From NCBI GenBank assembly GCA_047601445.1, contig JASGJH010000001.1, positions 4,352,001 to 4,416,000 of the forward strand: a DNA stretch of 64,000 nucleotides, read 5' to 3'. The notes under the pieces are model-generated. The model searched no databases and was not told the origin of the DNA. It saw only the letters and a program-made list of their open reading frames with translations. This DNA comes from Myxococcales bacterium (GTDB lineage Bacteria; Myxococcota_A; Polyangia; Polyangiales; DASUME01). A program made the translations under genes and the position numbers. This document shows, one piece after another, positions 1 through 10,400 of the stretch (the stretch's first letter is position 1; the number at the start of each line of letters is the position of its first letter).

Positions 1-546
1 AATCGGCTGTCCATAGAATGCCTCCGGTGCGACCAGCGCCGGGACACCGGCGACGTCTTCGGGAATACCGAAGGACGCGAGCGTGCCGAAGTCGATCAGC
101 TTGATGACTCCCTGATCCGTCTTCCACACGTTTCTGGGGCTGATGTCGCGGTGCACCAGCCGCCGCGCGTGGAGCACGCCAAGTGCGGAGGCCACTTCAC
201 GCATGACGCGACACGCCTCGCGCCACGGCAAGGGTGGCGCGCCGCGCAAGTCGGCGCCGCTCAGAAGCTCCATCGTGTAGTAGGGTCCTTGGGCGTCTAC
301 GCCGTAGTCGAAGACTACGAGCGCGTGGTCGTGGTGGAGCGTTGCAAGTGTGTGGAACTCTCGCTGAAACATGGATACTGCGCCGGCCGACGCATCGCTC
401 CGAAGGCGCTTTAGCGCGAGCTCGACTCCGCTGAGTTCGTCGCGGACCTGGAACACTTCGCCCATCCCACCACGGGCCAGCGTGCGCTGAACTCGATAGC
501 GACCCGAGATGAGCTCTGGCTCGCGTGTGCGCGCTTCGAACTCCAT
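1..546 (-). CDS. Ser/Thr protein kinase, N-terminal part; runs off the left edge
   Basis: Manual translation from ATG at 546 gives MEFEARTREPELISGRYRVQRTLARGGMGEVFQV...ALKRL...HRDISPRN...LIDFG...APE, the Hanks-type kinase motifs. Missing from the ORF track because there is no stop in the window. Confidence 0.93.
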   Translation of the reverse strand, partial: MEFEARTREPELISGRYRVQRTLARGGMGEVFQVRDELSGVELALKRLRSDASAGAVSMFQREFHTLATLHHDHALVVFDYGVDAQGPYYTMELLSGADLRGAPPLPWREACRVMREVASALGVLHARRLVHRDISPRNVWKTDQGVIKLIDFGTLASFGIPEDVAGVPALVAPEAFYGQPI

Positions 547-716
547 ACTCCCACCGCGCATTATCCTTCAGGCGGCATCGGGGCGCCGGTGCCTTGGCGA
601 TCCTGAGCAAAGCTCCATGCACAAAAGGGCACGCCGTCGAGCGTCTCCGCTCGGTGCAGTGCCCAATCTCAGGGTCGTGTGTGCCACTCCAAACGCGCGC
701 GCCCTAATCTAATGAG

Positions 717-2534
717 ATGGGTCTGCGCGCGAACTTGCGTTCTCATGCAAGAGGCTATTTCGACGCGACGCACGAGGTCGTGCTGCTGCTGGCCGCGGTG
801 CTTTTGATCACGGTCGGCGTGAGTTCGTCCGCCCCCGTTGCGGTCGCCGCCGCAAGTTTGCTCGCGGCCTGGGCAGCCGTAGGCATCGCGGTGAAGCGGT
901 CCGCTTCCCCCCGCACCAAGCCAGCGCCCCATCATGAGCAACACGTGAGCGATCCGAGACTGCGGGCGCCGGAGGAGCGACAGACAACGCGCAGCACCTC
1001 GCAGGTGGAGCGCACCTTCTTCGAGGCCGTCCTCGAGGCCACGCCCGAGCTCGTCGCGATCGCCTCCGCGGATCGCAGACTCACGTACATGAACGCGTCG
1101 GGCAGGCGTCTGCTCGGGATAGACGGCGTCGAAGACATCTCACGACGTACCCTGCTCGATCTGCCTGCGAGCGTGTCGACGGCTCGCAGCGTCGAGGAGA
1201 TGCTGCCGAGGGCGGAGCACAGTGGCAGCTGGAGTGGAGACATTGTCTTGCGGCACGGCGACGGCTCCACCGTCCCGGTCTTTCAAACGTTGATCTGCGC
1301 GCGGCGCGAGAGCGGTCCCGCCGAGGCCTACGCATTGATCGCGCGAGACCTCAGGGATCGCGCGCAGCTCGAGAAGGCCTTGCTCGAGGCGTCGGCCCAA
1401 CTCGAGCACGCTCGCCGCCTCGAGGCCGTGGGCCGGCTCGCTGGAGAGTTCGCGCACGACTTCAACAACCTCATCACGGTGATGGCATGCGTCAGCTCGC
1501 TGGCGCTGCGCAAGCTCTCGCCCGACCACCCTGCACGGCCCGAGGTCCTCGAACTTCAACACGTCAGCGAACGCGCGACGGCCTTGGCACGCCAACTCTT
1601 GACCTTCAGCCGCAAACGCGCGAGCGAGCCTCGCATCGTGGAGATTAACGCCCTATTGCTCGGGCTGCGAGCTCTGATGGTTCGCGTCTTGGGCGAGCAT
1701 ATCGAGCTCGATTGGCGGCTCGCGCGCGATCTCGGTCGGGTGCGCATCGATCCCGCAACGCTCGAGCAAGTCGTCGTCAACTTGGTGATCAACGCCCGTG
1801 ACGCCATGCCCACAGGAGGCGTGGTGACGTTGGAAACCGAGAACGTCGCGCCACAATCATCCCTTACCGAGCGCGCCTCGGCGCCGAGCCACTATGTCCG
1901 GATCAACGTACGCGACACGGGTGTCGGTATGGGGCCGACCACGCAGCTTCGCATGTTCGAGCCGTTCTTCACCACCAAGGGATCCAAAGGGACGGGCCTG
2001 GGCCTCGCGACCGTTCACTCTATCATCGAGCAGAACGGCGGCTTCGTGGCCGTGCAGAGCGAAAAGGGTGTCGGGACGAGCATCGAGGTTTGCCTCCCGA
2101 AGGTCGCCGACGAGGTCACACCGCCGCGGGCCATCGAAGGAGCGAGAGAGCCCTGGCTGCCAGGTCAGCACGTACTCGTGGTCGACGACGATGATTCGCT
2201 GAGGGCGCTCCTCACCCGGGTACTCGAAGCCGAGGGATATCATGTGCGTTCTGCGGCCAACGCCCACGCAGCACGCGAGCTCGTCGAGGAGCAGAAGCAG
2301 GGGGTCGATCTGTTGCTCTCGGATATGGTGATGCCTGGCCCCTCGGGCTCCGAATTGGCCTCTGCCCTCAAGCGACGACTGCCCGCTCTGCGGGTGATCT
2401 TCATGTCCGGTCATCTGGACCACCTCGACGCCACCAATATCCATGGCGCGCCCCTGCTACACAAACCCTTTCCTCCCGAACTGCTCTTGCAGACGATTCA
2501 CGAACTACTCGTGCCCCCGGCGAGCGCGCCATGA
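717..2534 (+). CDS. Hybrid sensor histidine kinase (TM-PAS-HisKA-HATPase-REC)
   Basis: N-terminal hydrophobic segments, PAS region, H-box FAHDFNNL, N-box NLVINARDAM, DTGVGM, FFTTK, GTGLGL, receiver VLVVDDD...LLSDMVMP...KPF. Start uncertain. Confidence 0.93.
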   Translation: MGLRANLRSHARGYFDATHEVVLLLAAVLLITVGVSSSAPVAVAAASLLAAWAAVGIAVKRSASPRTKPAPHHEQHVSDPRLRAPEERQTTRSTSQVERTFFEAVLEATPELVAIASADRRLTYMNASGRRLLGIDGVEDISRRTLLDLPASVSTARSVEEMLPRAEHSGSWSGDIVLRHGDGSTVPVFQTLICARRESGPAEAYALIARDLRDRAQLEKALLEASAQLEHARRLEAVGRLAGEFAHDFNNLITVMACVSSLALRKLSPDHPARPEVLELQHVSERATALARQLLTFSRKRASEPRIVEINALLLGLRALMVRVLGEHIELDWRLARDLGRVRIDPATLEQVVVNLVINARDAMPTGGVVTLETENVAPQSSLTERASAPSHYVRINVRDTGVGMGPTTQLRMFEPFFTTKGSKGTGLGLATVHSIIEQNGGFVAVQSEKGVGTSIEVCLPKVADEVTPPRAIEGAREPWLPGQHVLVVDDDDSLRALLTRVLEAEGYHVRSAANAHAARELVEEQKQGVDLLLSDMVMPGPSGSELASALKRRLPALRVIFMSGHLDHLDATNIHGAPLLHKPFPPELLLQTIHELLVPPASAP

Positions 2535-2591
2535 GCCGATCCCATTGTGGGCCTTGGGCGAGCCATAGGTTCACCGAAGACAGCCCGCCAC

Positions 2592-3233
2592 CTACTTGAA
2601 CGCCTTCTCGAACTCGTGCAGGAAGTGCTCCCGCGAGTGGAACTCCGCAAGCGTGCGTCCCCAGGTCCGCTCGGCCTCCTGGAACGCTCTCTTCGACAGC
2701 GCCGGGCTCGCGGTCGCCGCGATGACCAGCGCCGGGTGGAGCCTCCGCATCGCCTGACGCTGTAGCTTCGAATCGGACCGCAGGACCTCGTGGACCAAGT
2801 TCACCTCGAACGGCTCATCGAGCGACTCCGGCTTGTCCCCAACAACCGCACAATGTTGGACCGCGGCATCGTACAGGCGGTTATGAGCGTCCAGGAAGGA
2901 CTCGATGGTGAGGACCCCCGGGGCCGAAGCGGCCAGCGTCATACTCGCCTCCCGCAGGTGAAAAAAGGGCGGGTCCGCGGCCAGGAAATAGCCCAAGTAC
3001 GGAGCGGCCGCCTCGAGCTTCTTCACAAATGCGATCGAGCGCGCGTCCCTGGGCAGGCTGCCGATGCCGGAAGATTCGAACGAGAGCATGAAGCACGAAC
3101 GCTTCGCACGCGCAGCAGCTGGCTTCTTGGACAACTCATCCAACAACCTTGCCAAAACCTTCACGTTGCCCGCTTGAAGGTCCGCTCCGCTGATCGATAG
3201 GATAACCGTCTCTTCTCCAAAGCCCATTGTCAC
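2592..3233 (-). CDS. Hypothetical protein, possible CRR6/DUF1817-like domain
   Basis: 213-aa ORF whose GTG overlaps the upstream stop (GTGA). FMLSFE...PRDARSIAFVKKLEAAAPYLGYFL loosely resembles the CRR6-domain pattern as I recall it. Confidence 0.6.
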   Translation of the reverse strand: MTMGFGEETVILSISGADLQAGNVKVLARLLDELSKKPAAARAKRSCFMLSFESSGIGSLPRDARSIAFVKKLEAAAPYLGYFLAADPPFFHLREASMTLAASAPGVLTIESFLDAHNRLYDAAVQHCAVVGDKPESLDEPFEVNLVHEVLRSDSKLQRQAMRRLHPALVIAATASPALSKRAFQEAERTWGRTLAEFHSREHFLHEFEKAFK

Positions 3234-4273
3234 GTCCCCACCGCGGCGAGCATCCGCTGGGACAGCGACATGAGAAGGATCCAGATCTCCGCTTCCGCGT
3301 TACGATCGGTCTTTGTGCCGAGGTCGCGCCGCCAGTTCGTCGGCACCCAGACGCATTGTTCGCCGAATTCGGAATTCAGCGCAAAAGGACGCACGCTCGC
3401 CGCCGCCAGCGCTGCCGACCTCTCGAAGGGCGCGGCAAAATAGTCGAGCACGCTCAAGCCGTCCGATTCGCAGAGGTCATTCAACTCCATGACAATCGGA
3501 GCGTACACGGGGTGGCCAGAGCCGCGCTCGAGGACCTCTGCGGCGGTGCCGACGAGCTCGATGTGCTCGGCAACGTGCAGGTCATTGACCATCTCGAGAT
3601 AGCCATACGTTCCGTCTCGTGGATCTGCCAACTTCCGCTTCGCTGTCTCACGGCACAGCAGTCCGAAAGCTGCGCCCGGCCGCCGGGTGCAGAGCGCAAG
3701 CGACGACAACATGCCAAATGCTTCGAACGCCCTCGTGCCAAGGAGACTGCTGCACAGCGTAAACGCCGACGAGTAGCAAGCTGGCAAACCAGTCAGATGT
3801 TCCATGAGTTGAAACGCGTTGAGCCCCCGATAGTGCGTCCAGAATTGAGCATAGACTGCGTTGCCTTCGAGTACGGCGAGGTCCGAAATGCCGTCCGTCT
3901 GCGGCGCTTGCAGTGCGACCAGCCGATCCTCGAGCTGTTCAGCGACGTGCGAAGGTGGGATCTGCGGCAGATCGTTGAGATTGGTGACAGGCCACTTGAC
4001 GCAGTCGCGCAGCAGCGCATACCGCTCGACGGCTATCAAGTAGGGAAAGCCCATTGTTGCAATCTGGATGGCGTGAGTCACCTCATGGGTGATTCCCTCG
4101 ATGATGGAGCGCCGGCCGAGATCCAGCTGCGACAGGTCCGGACAGTTCAGCGCTGCGTGCAGGTCTTCGAGCGTCGCGTTTAGCCGCACGACTCCCGTGG
4201 GCCAGTCCAGGTAAGCGACCTGGTGGTCGTCCATCTGCAAGCTCGCAAAATGGTTTGCCCATGAGTGAGTCAT
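3230..4273 (-). CDS. Putative zinc metallopeptidase (gluzincin-like HExxH...E)
   Basis: ITHEVTHAIQ plus downstream VLEGNAVYAQ (possible third ligand). ATG at 4273 overlaps the upstream stop (ATGA). Confidence 0.7.
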   Translation of the reverse strand: MTHSWANHFASLQMDDHQVAYLDWPTGVVRLNATLEDLHAALNCPDLSQLDLGRRSIIEGITHEVTHAIQIATMGFPYLIAVERYALLRDCVKWPVTNLNDLPQIPPSHVAEQLEDRLVALQAPQTDGISDLAVLEGNAVYAQFWTHYRGLNAFQLMEHLTGLPACYSSAFTLCSSLLGTRAFEAFGMLSSLALCTRRPGAAFGLLCRETAKRKLADPRDGTYGYLEMVNDLHVAEHIELVGTAAEVLERGSGHPVYAPIVMELNDLCESDGLSVLDYFAAPFERSAALAAASVRPFALNSEFGEQCVWVPTNWRRDLGTKTDRNAEAEIWILLMSLSQRMLAAVGT

Positions 4274-4905
4274 GGGCGCGCAAACCGCATGGTTATCTGC
4301 TCTTTCATCGTCCAACCACGCGGTTCGTTGGTCGCTTCGATGATCTTGGCGTCCTCGAGTCGACGCAGCGATTGTTGCAGAGCCGACTCGTCCACGAACG
4401 GAAGGCGCTCGCTCGCTCGCTGCTCGTTAAGGCGTTCCAGCAGGCTTTCAGCCGCAGTCCACGTGTTGCGATTCTTGTGGACCCACAACGTCCACAAGAC
4501 GATCGCCTCGTCACGGTGAAGCTTCTCGCCCTTCAACTTGTCGGAATTGCTGTATATCGCAAGCGCGGCACCGATGCTCGCGATCGCCAGTGCCGGCACG
4601 GCCACTCCCGCGACGAGAACCGCGGGAGCCGCCGCGGCCACGGCCAGCGGCTTCACCGCACCGACGAGACCTGCAACCCCCAGAATAAGACGCCCCACCT
4701 TCCGTTGGGTGGCGTCGACCGGCGACTGCATTTGTACTAGCTCCGGCGATTTCGCCTCACCCATGGGAGTGACGTAGGACTGGACAACGCTGAGCACACG
4801 CGCGCGATCGTCACTATTCAGCTCCGGGTGAGCCTCACTCAGGTAGGCCGCCACCGCGGCCGTCACGGCACCTTCGTGCCCCTCAGGAATGCTGTCCGGT
4901 CTCAT
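4270..4905 (-). CDS. Hypothetical membrane protein with possible C-terminal winged helix
   Basis: Central hydrophobic stretch LILGVAGLVGAVK...ALAIASIGAALAIY; C-terminal LQQSLRRLEDAKIIE...GWTM resembles a winged-HTH recognition helix and wing. Start 4905 or 4917. Confidence 0.6.
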   Translation of the reverse strand: MRPDSIPEGHEGAVTAAVAAYLSEAHPELNSDDRARVLSVVQSYVTPMGEAKSPELVQMQSPVDATQRKVGRLILGVAGLVGAVKPLAVAAAAPAVLVAGVAVPALAIASIGAALAIYSNSDKLKGEKLHRDEAIVLWTLWVHKNRNTWTAAESLLERLNEQRASERLPFVDESALQQSLRRLEDAKIIEATNEPRGWTMKEQITMRFARP

Positions 4906-5361
4906 GTTACCCCTCACGCAACCACGTACTCACTCGGAGAACCGTTGACGGAGTGCGGCGAAGCGAGTCGAGTCGACACCACGCATTTGGCCTTCCGGGC
5001 GAAGACCAGACGACACCACAGCCCATCATGAGCGGCCTGGGATGCAGCAAAGGTTGCACGCCTGTGTGCTCACCAGCAAGCGGAGAGCGCGGAGATTCTA
5101 TAGGTACATTTTTCGGGCACGCGAAGCTTCGGCAATCCGATCTCGACATTCGAGGACGCGAAGGATCAGCGATAAGGACAAGGCCGACGACGACGCTCAC
5201 GACAAGCTCAAGAGCGGCTCCGACGAAGCCGGCGGCGCGACGGACTGAGCGGGAGCAGCCTCAGTACCGCTGGCAGTTAGAGGTCACGAGTTGGATCGCA
5301 TCGGCGCCGCGCGTAGTCATTTGTTCGCTGAGCGTCTCCACTAGAGATGTAGACTGCGCCC

Positions 5362-7326
5362 ATGCCGTCACTCCGCACCCTCATGCTAGCAGTTGCCTTG
5401 TCTGTCGCTGCCGCGTCGGCGGTCCAAGCCGACGTCGTCCAACTCAAGGACCGCACGATCGACCTCGACCCTCACCTGCAGGGCTTCCCGTACAACAACA
5501 TCTACATCGACCTGCGCGGGTCGAAGATTTTCTACCAGCGCAGGGGCAAGACCGACGAGCTCATGATGCTGACCTACGACCCTGCTTCCAGGAGCAAGGT
5601 CGACCTATCCAAGGGCAGCGTCATCTCGCCGCGGGACTTCGCCAAGCGCAATCTGTGGGGTGCAGCCTGGAGCCCCGTGACGAAGTCGATCATCATCCAA
5701 GCCGACGAGCAGAACGACGAGATCGTGAACCTCTACTCGCTCGACCCCAAGACCGGCGTCGAGAAGCGGTTGACCAACACCGCGTACATCTACGGATGGC
5801 GGCTCAGCGACGACGCACGAAGGGTCGCCTACGTCACGCGCGCCACCAAGGACGAGATGTCGCCATCCGAGGTGCACGTGCTTGACCTCGGCAGTGGCCA
5901 AGACCGCACCCTGTACACGGACACGCCGGCGCGGAAGATCGTGTGGACAGACGTAGCTTGGCAACCGAACGGACGGGGCGTTCTGCTGTCGTTCAACGCC
6001 AACGGCGATCGGCGCCGGAAGAATCTCTTGTATGTGCCGTTCGACACGAAGGCCGGGCCGCGCGTACTCACCGACTCGAACGCTCGGCGCTACACGGTCC
6101 GCCCGCTGGAGAAGTGGCTCGGAAACGACGAGTTCCTCTACACTTCCGACGAGGCGGGAGTCGTCTCGGTCTACCGCGGTTCACTGACCGAAGGCGCGCC
6201 ACCGGTGCGCGTGACGGCCGCTGGTGACAACGTCAAGGACGCGGCGCTGCTAGCCGATGGCAAGCGTCGCACGCTGGTGGCCATCATCGGGGATCCGCTC
6301 AAGAGCACGATCACGACAGTAGATCCCCGGACCGGTGCGGTCCTAGAAAAGGAGACCCGCGACGGCCAGTGGACCATGGACATGTCGATCGACAAGCGCG
6401 TCATCCTGCACGGGACTTCACTCTCGGTTCCCCTGGCAGACATCGAGCTAAGGCTGAAGGGACGCGGTTTCGAAAGGTTCGAACGGCTCGCTTACCCCGA
6501 TGACCTGCTGACCACGATCATTCAGTGCGACGTCGAAAAGGTCAGCTTTCCGACCTTCGACAAGCTCTCGGCGCCCGGTGAGCAGGGCACGCTGCACGCA
6601 TACCTGCTCAAACCCAAACGACCCACCGCCGTGCCCGACCGACGAGCGCTGGTCGTCGCATTCTATGGCGGCGACAATAAGTTCCTGCGGAACTTCGGCA
6701 TCCTTTGCGACGCTGGCTACTACGTCATGAGCCCAGCGCCTCGCGGCACCAGCGATTTCGGCAGCGACTTCCTCGATCTGGCCGCGGGTGATTGGGGCGG
6801 TGCCGAGACGCTCGACGACTTCGCGGCCGGCAAGTACCTCCGGGACCAGCTAGCGATTCCCGCGCAACGCATTGGCATCATGGGCCACAGCCGCGGCGGC
6901 TACGACACGATGCGCGCGATGACCTTTCCCGGCACGGTCAACGGCGTGAAGGAAGATTTCCGTTTCGGCTTCGGCATCTCCGGATCGGGCATCAGCAACA
7001 TCATTCGTGCCGCCAAGGACGGGAACATCTCGCAGTGGTACGCGAACCTGACCGGCGGTGATCCGTCGAAGGACCCGGCGAAATGGAACGACCGCTCGCC
7101 CGAGGTTCACGCGAACATGTTGTCGGGCCCGATCTTGCTCACGCACGGGAGCAAAGACAACCGGGTGCCCGTGACGGAGAGCCGCGCGATGCACAGCACG
7201 CTGAAGAAGCTAGGCAAGCCGTCCCACTACCTCGAGCTCGAGGGACAGGGCCATGCCTACGTCGGCATCGAGGCTCAAACGCGCTTCTGGCACGCCGTCT
7301 TCGAGTTCCTCGATGGTCTGCGCTGA
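5362..7326 (+). CDS. Secreted S9 family peptidase (beta-propeller plus alpha/beta hydrolase)
   Basis: Signal peptide, propeller-like repeats, nucleophile GHSRGG, Asp in HGSKDNRV, His in EGQGH. Confidence 0.92.
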   Translation: MPSLRTLMLAVALSVAAASAVQADVVQLKDRTIDLDPHLQGFPYNNIYIDLRGSKIFYQRRGKTDELMMLTYDPASRSKVDLSKGSVISPRDFAKRNLWGAAWSPVTKSIIIQADEQNDEIVNLYSLDPKTGVEKRLTNTAYIYGWRLSDDARRVAYVTRATKDEMSPSEVHVLDLGSGQDRTLYTDTPARKIVWTDVAWQPNGRGVLLSFNANGDRRRKNLLYVPFDTKAGPRVLTDSNARRYTVRPLEKWLGNDEFLYTSDEAGVVSVYRGSLTEGAPPVRVTAAGDNVKDAALLADGKRRTLVAIIGDPLKSTITTVDPRTGAVLEKETRDGQWTMDMSIDKRVILHGTSLSVPLADIELRLKGRGFERFERLAYPDDLLTTIIQCDVEKVSFPTFDKLSAPGEQGTLHAYLLKPKRPTAVPDRRALVVAFYGGDNKFLRNFGILCDAGYYVMSPAPRGTSDFGSDFLDLAAGDWGGAETLDDFAAGKYLRDQLAIPAQRIGIMGHSRGGYDTMRAMTFPGTVNGVKEDFRFGFGISGSGISNIIRAAKDGNISQWYANLTGGDPSKDPAKWNDRSPEVHANMLSGPILLTHGSKDNRVPVTESRAMHSTLKKLGKPSHYLELEGQGHAYVGIEAQTRFWHAVFEFLDGLR

Positions 7327-7403
7327 CATCGATCGTCGACGGCTGGGCCGACCACCATGCGGAGCAGGATTCCAAAGAGACGCCCCGTGGAGAACAACCG
7401 AGG

Positions 7404-10400
7404 TCATCCCTTCGATCCGCTGCGTGCGTCCAGAAGCGCGCGGGCCTTTTCGCACAACGCTTCCCGCGAGATCGGCTTCTGCAGCCGTCCCACGCCAGCC
7501 TGCGTGTCCGCCTCGTTGGGTACGTACTCCCCCGTGTAGCCGGAAATGAACAGAACTGCCGCGTGGGGCAATTCGGGTGCGAGCCGCTCGTAAAGCTCTC
7601 GACCGCCCATCCCGGGCATGACGATATCGGTGACCAACAGGTCCAGGCTCCCCCCGAGTTTTCGCGCGACGTCGAGGGCCTCGAGAGAGCTGCCGAAGGC
7701 GAGGACGTGGTAGCCCTCGGCCTCGAGGACTTCCCGCACGACGTTGCGGACCGCATCGTTGTCGTCAACGACGAGCACCGTCTCGCCGCCCCCTGAACGC
7801 GCGACCGCGTCTCGACCCGCACTGAGCGACCTCTGCGCGAGCGGCGTGCCATCCGTCACGCACGGAAGCGTAATCTCGAACGTCGTCCCGCGGCCAGGCT
7901 CGCTGTGAACGGACATCTCGCCCCCGTGCTGCTTCACGATGCCGTAGACGGTCGGCAGCCCGAGGCCGGTCCCCTTCCCTGGCGGCTTGGTAGTAAAGAA
8001 GGGATCGAACAGCTTGTCGAGGGTGATGGTGTCCATCCCTTGACCCGTGTCGTGCACACGCAGCACGACGGCGGCCCGTCGCACCGGTGGCTCGTCGTTG
8101 GGCTGGTCGACGTCGCTGGCCAGCAGGGTCCCCTGCCGCGTCTCGAAGGTGATCGTTCCCGAGCTCGGCATGGCGTCGGCAGCGTTCGTCCCGAGGTTCA
8201 TGAGCACGCGTTGCATCTGTGCGTGGTCTGCCAGCACCAGCTTGATCGCGCGATCCAAGTCGAGGCGAACCTCGATGTCCTCTCGCACCAGGCGGCGGAA
8301 CATCCGCTCGAAGCTGAGGAGCTCCTGGTTGAGATCGAGCTCGCGCGGCTCCAGAACTTGCTGGCGCCCGAAAGCGAGCAGCTGGCGGGTGAGGCTCGCG
8401 GCGCTCTCAGCAGCGTCACGGACCTGCGCAATCTGCGCACGGATGGGAGACTTCTCGGGCAGCGCGCCGATAGCCAGCTCCGAGTAAATCAGGATTGGCG
8501 TGAGCAGGTTGTTGAAGTCATGTGCGATGCCGCCGGAAAGCCTACCTATCGACTCGAGCCGCTGGGCCTGGTGCAACTGCGCCTCGAGGCGCGCGCGATC
8601 GGTTTCCATCTCACGTTGCGCGCTGATGTCCTGAAAGGCGACGATGGCGTAGCGCACCGCGCCGTCTTGGCCGTGAATCGGCGTGGCCCAGGCGGCGATC
8701 GGCACGGTGCGATCGCGCCGCGCCACCGCGATGTCGTCCACCATGACCGTCTCTCCTTGGAGGGCTCGCGAGGCCGGCAATCGCTCCATCGGGTACGCCT
8801 CGTTGGTGCCGGCGACCACGATGTGATGGGCCATCGTGGCCTGTGCCAGCGTCGGCGTTGGATCGTGGGGTGCCCCGGTGATCTCGATGGCTTTGCGATT
8901 CGCAAGCGTGATCTCGCCGCGCGGGTTCACCACGTAGACCCCGACCGGCATGCCCTCGAGGAAGTCACGCAGCAGCGCTTCGCTCCCGCGCAGCGAATCG
9001 TAGAGTCGGGCGTTCTCGAGCGAGATGGCCGCCTGGACGACCAACAGGCGCAGCATCTCGAGGCGCTTCTTGGTGAAAGCATCGCTCGACAGGTCGTTTT
9101 CGAGAAACAGCACCGCGGTGATGCGGTCGCGGTGACGCACGGGCAGCGAGACGATCGATTTGGACGCGCGCGCACGCACGTAGGGGTCCGCGGTGAAGGC
9201 GCCAGCTTCCGCCGCGTTGGCGAGCACGACGTCCTCTCCGCTCCGCAACGTGTGCAGGACGATGGCCTCCGACACCAGAATGCGTCCGTTCCCTTGATGG
9301 TCGCCGGAAACCTCGAGCAACCCGCGCTCGACGTCCAGGCGTGCCTCCAGACGAAGCTGTCCATCGCGTTCGACCAGCAATGCGGCGCGCTGCGCCCCGG
9401 CCGCCTCCACGCAGATGTGCATCAGCTTCTCGAGCAGCTTGTCGAGCACCACTTCGCTCGACAGCGTCTCGGCCGCCTTGAACAACGTCAGGGCATCGAA
9501 GCTCACCCCCTCCCCTGATGTAATCGGCGTCGTCCAGCGTCGCGCCGCGGGCAGTGAAAGGAGAACCACCTCCTCTTCGAGTTGCTTTACCTTGGCGGAT
9601 GCCCCGTAGTGGGACCACGTGTCGAGCGCCCCTCGGAACCACTGCGCCGCCACGTGCGGATGCCCCTGCGAAAGGCAGAAGCGCGCGTAGAGTTCCTGGG
9701 CGAGTGCCTGCTCGTGGAGCGCCCCGGCCTGTGCGGCGGCCTCGATCGCGGCATGGAAATGGGGTTCGGGGCTCCCCCCCTCGACGCGCTCGAGCTCTGC
9801 GCGCAACAGTTCGTGCTTGTGACGGTAGTTTTCGGGACAGTGCTTGGCCCAGCGGCTCAGCTGCGCCTCGAACACATGGCTCCTCGCCAGACGGGTCGCG
9901 CGCTCCGCAGGCGATCCGCGCTCGGCGGCCGCCACCAGCGAGAGAGCAGCGTAGGTCGCGAAGACGGGTCGAATGTCGAGGCAAGCGAGCACATCCTCAT
10001 GCTGCGCACCCTGCTCGAGCCACCCGAGCGCCCCATCCACGTCTCCGAACACGAATGCCAGCTGAAGTCGCGTGGTCGCGTACTCTCCGAGGGCGTAGCG
10101 GTCATGGGAGCCAGGGCGCACGATGGCCGACTCAGTCTCCTCTTCGAAGCGCCCGCGCTGCGGGGTCGCCCCCTGCAGGCAGCGGATGGCCTGCTGGTAC
10201 AGCTTGAGCTGACTGGTCCACCCGCGCTGGCCGGGACGGCCGACGAGGGGTTCGAGTACCGCGGCCGTGCTCCGCAGCTCGTCGCCCGCGAGCAACAGCG
10301 TGCGCACGACCTTTAGCTCGCTGTACCACGCCCACATCAGCTCTCCGGACTCGATGCCTTTCGCCGCGATGACGTGAAGCTCGGGAATGACGGAACGCAG

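Noticed and set aside
5362..7326. S9 peptidase as part of the RiPP pathway
   Set aside because: It is 13 kb away, secreted, and separated by unrelated genes; the operon has its own protease.
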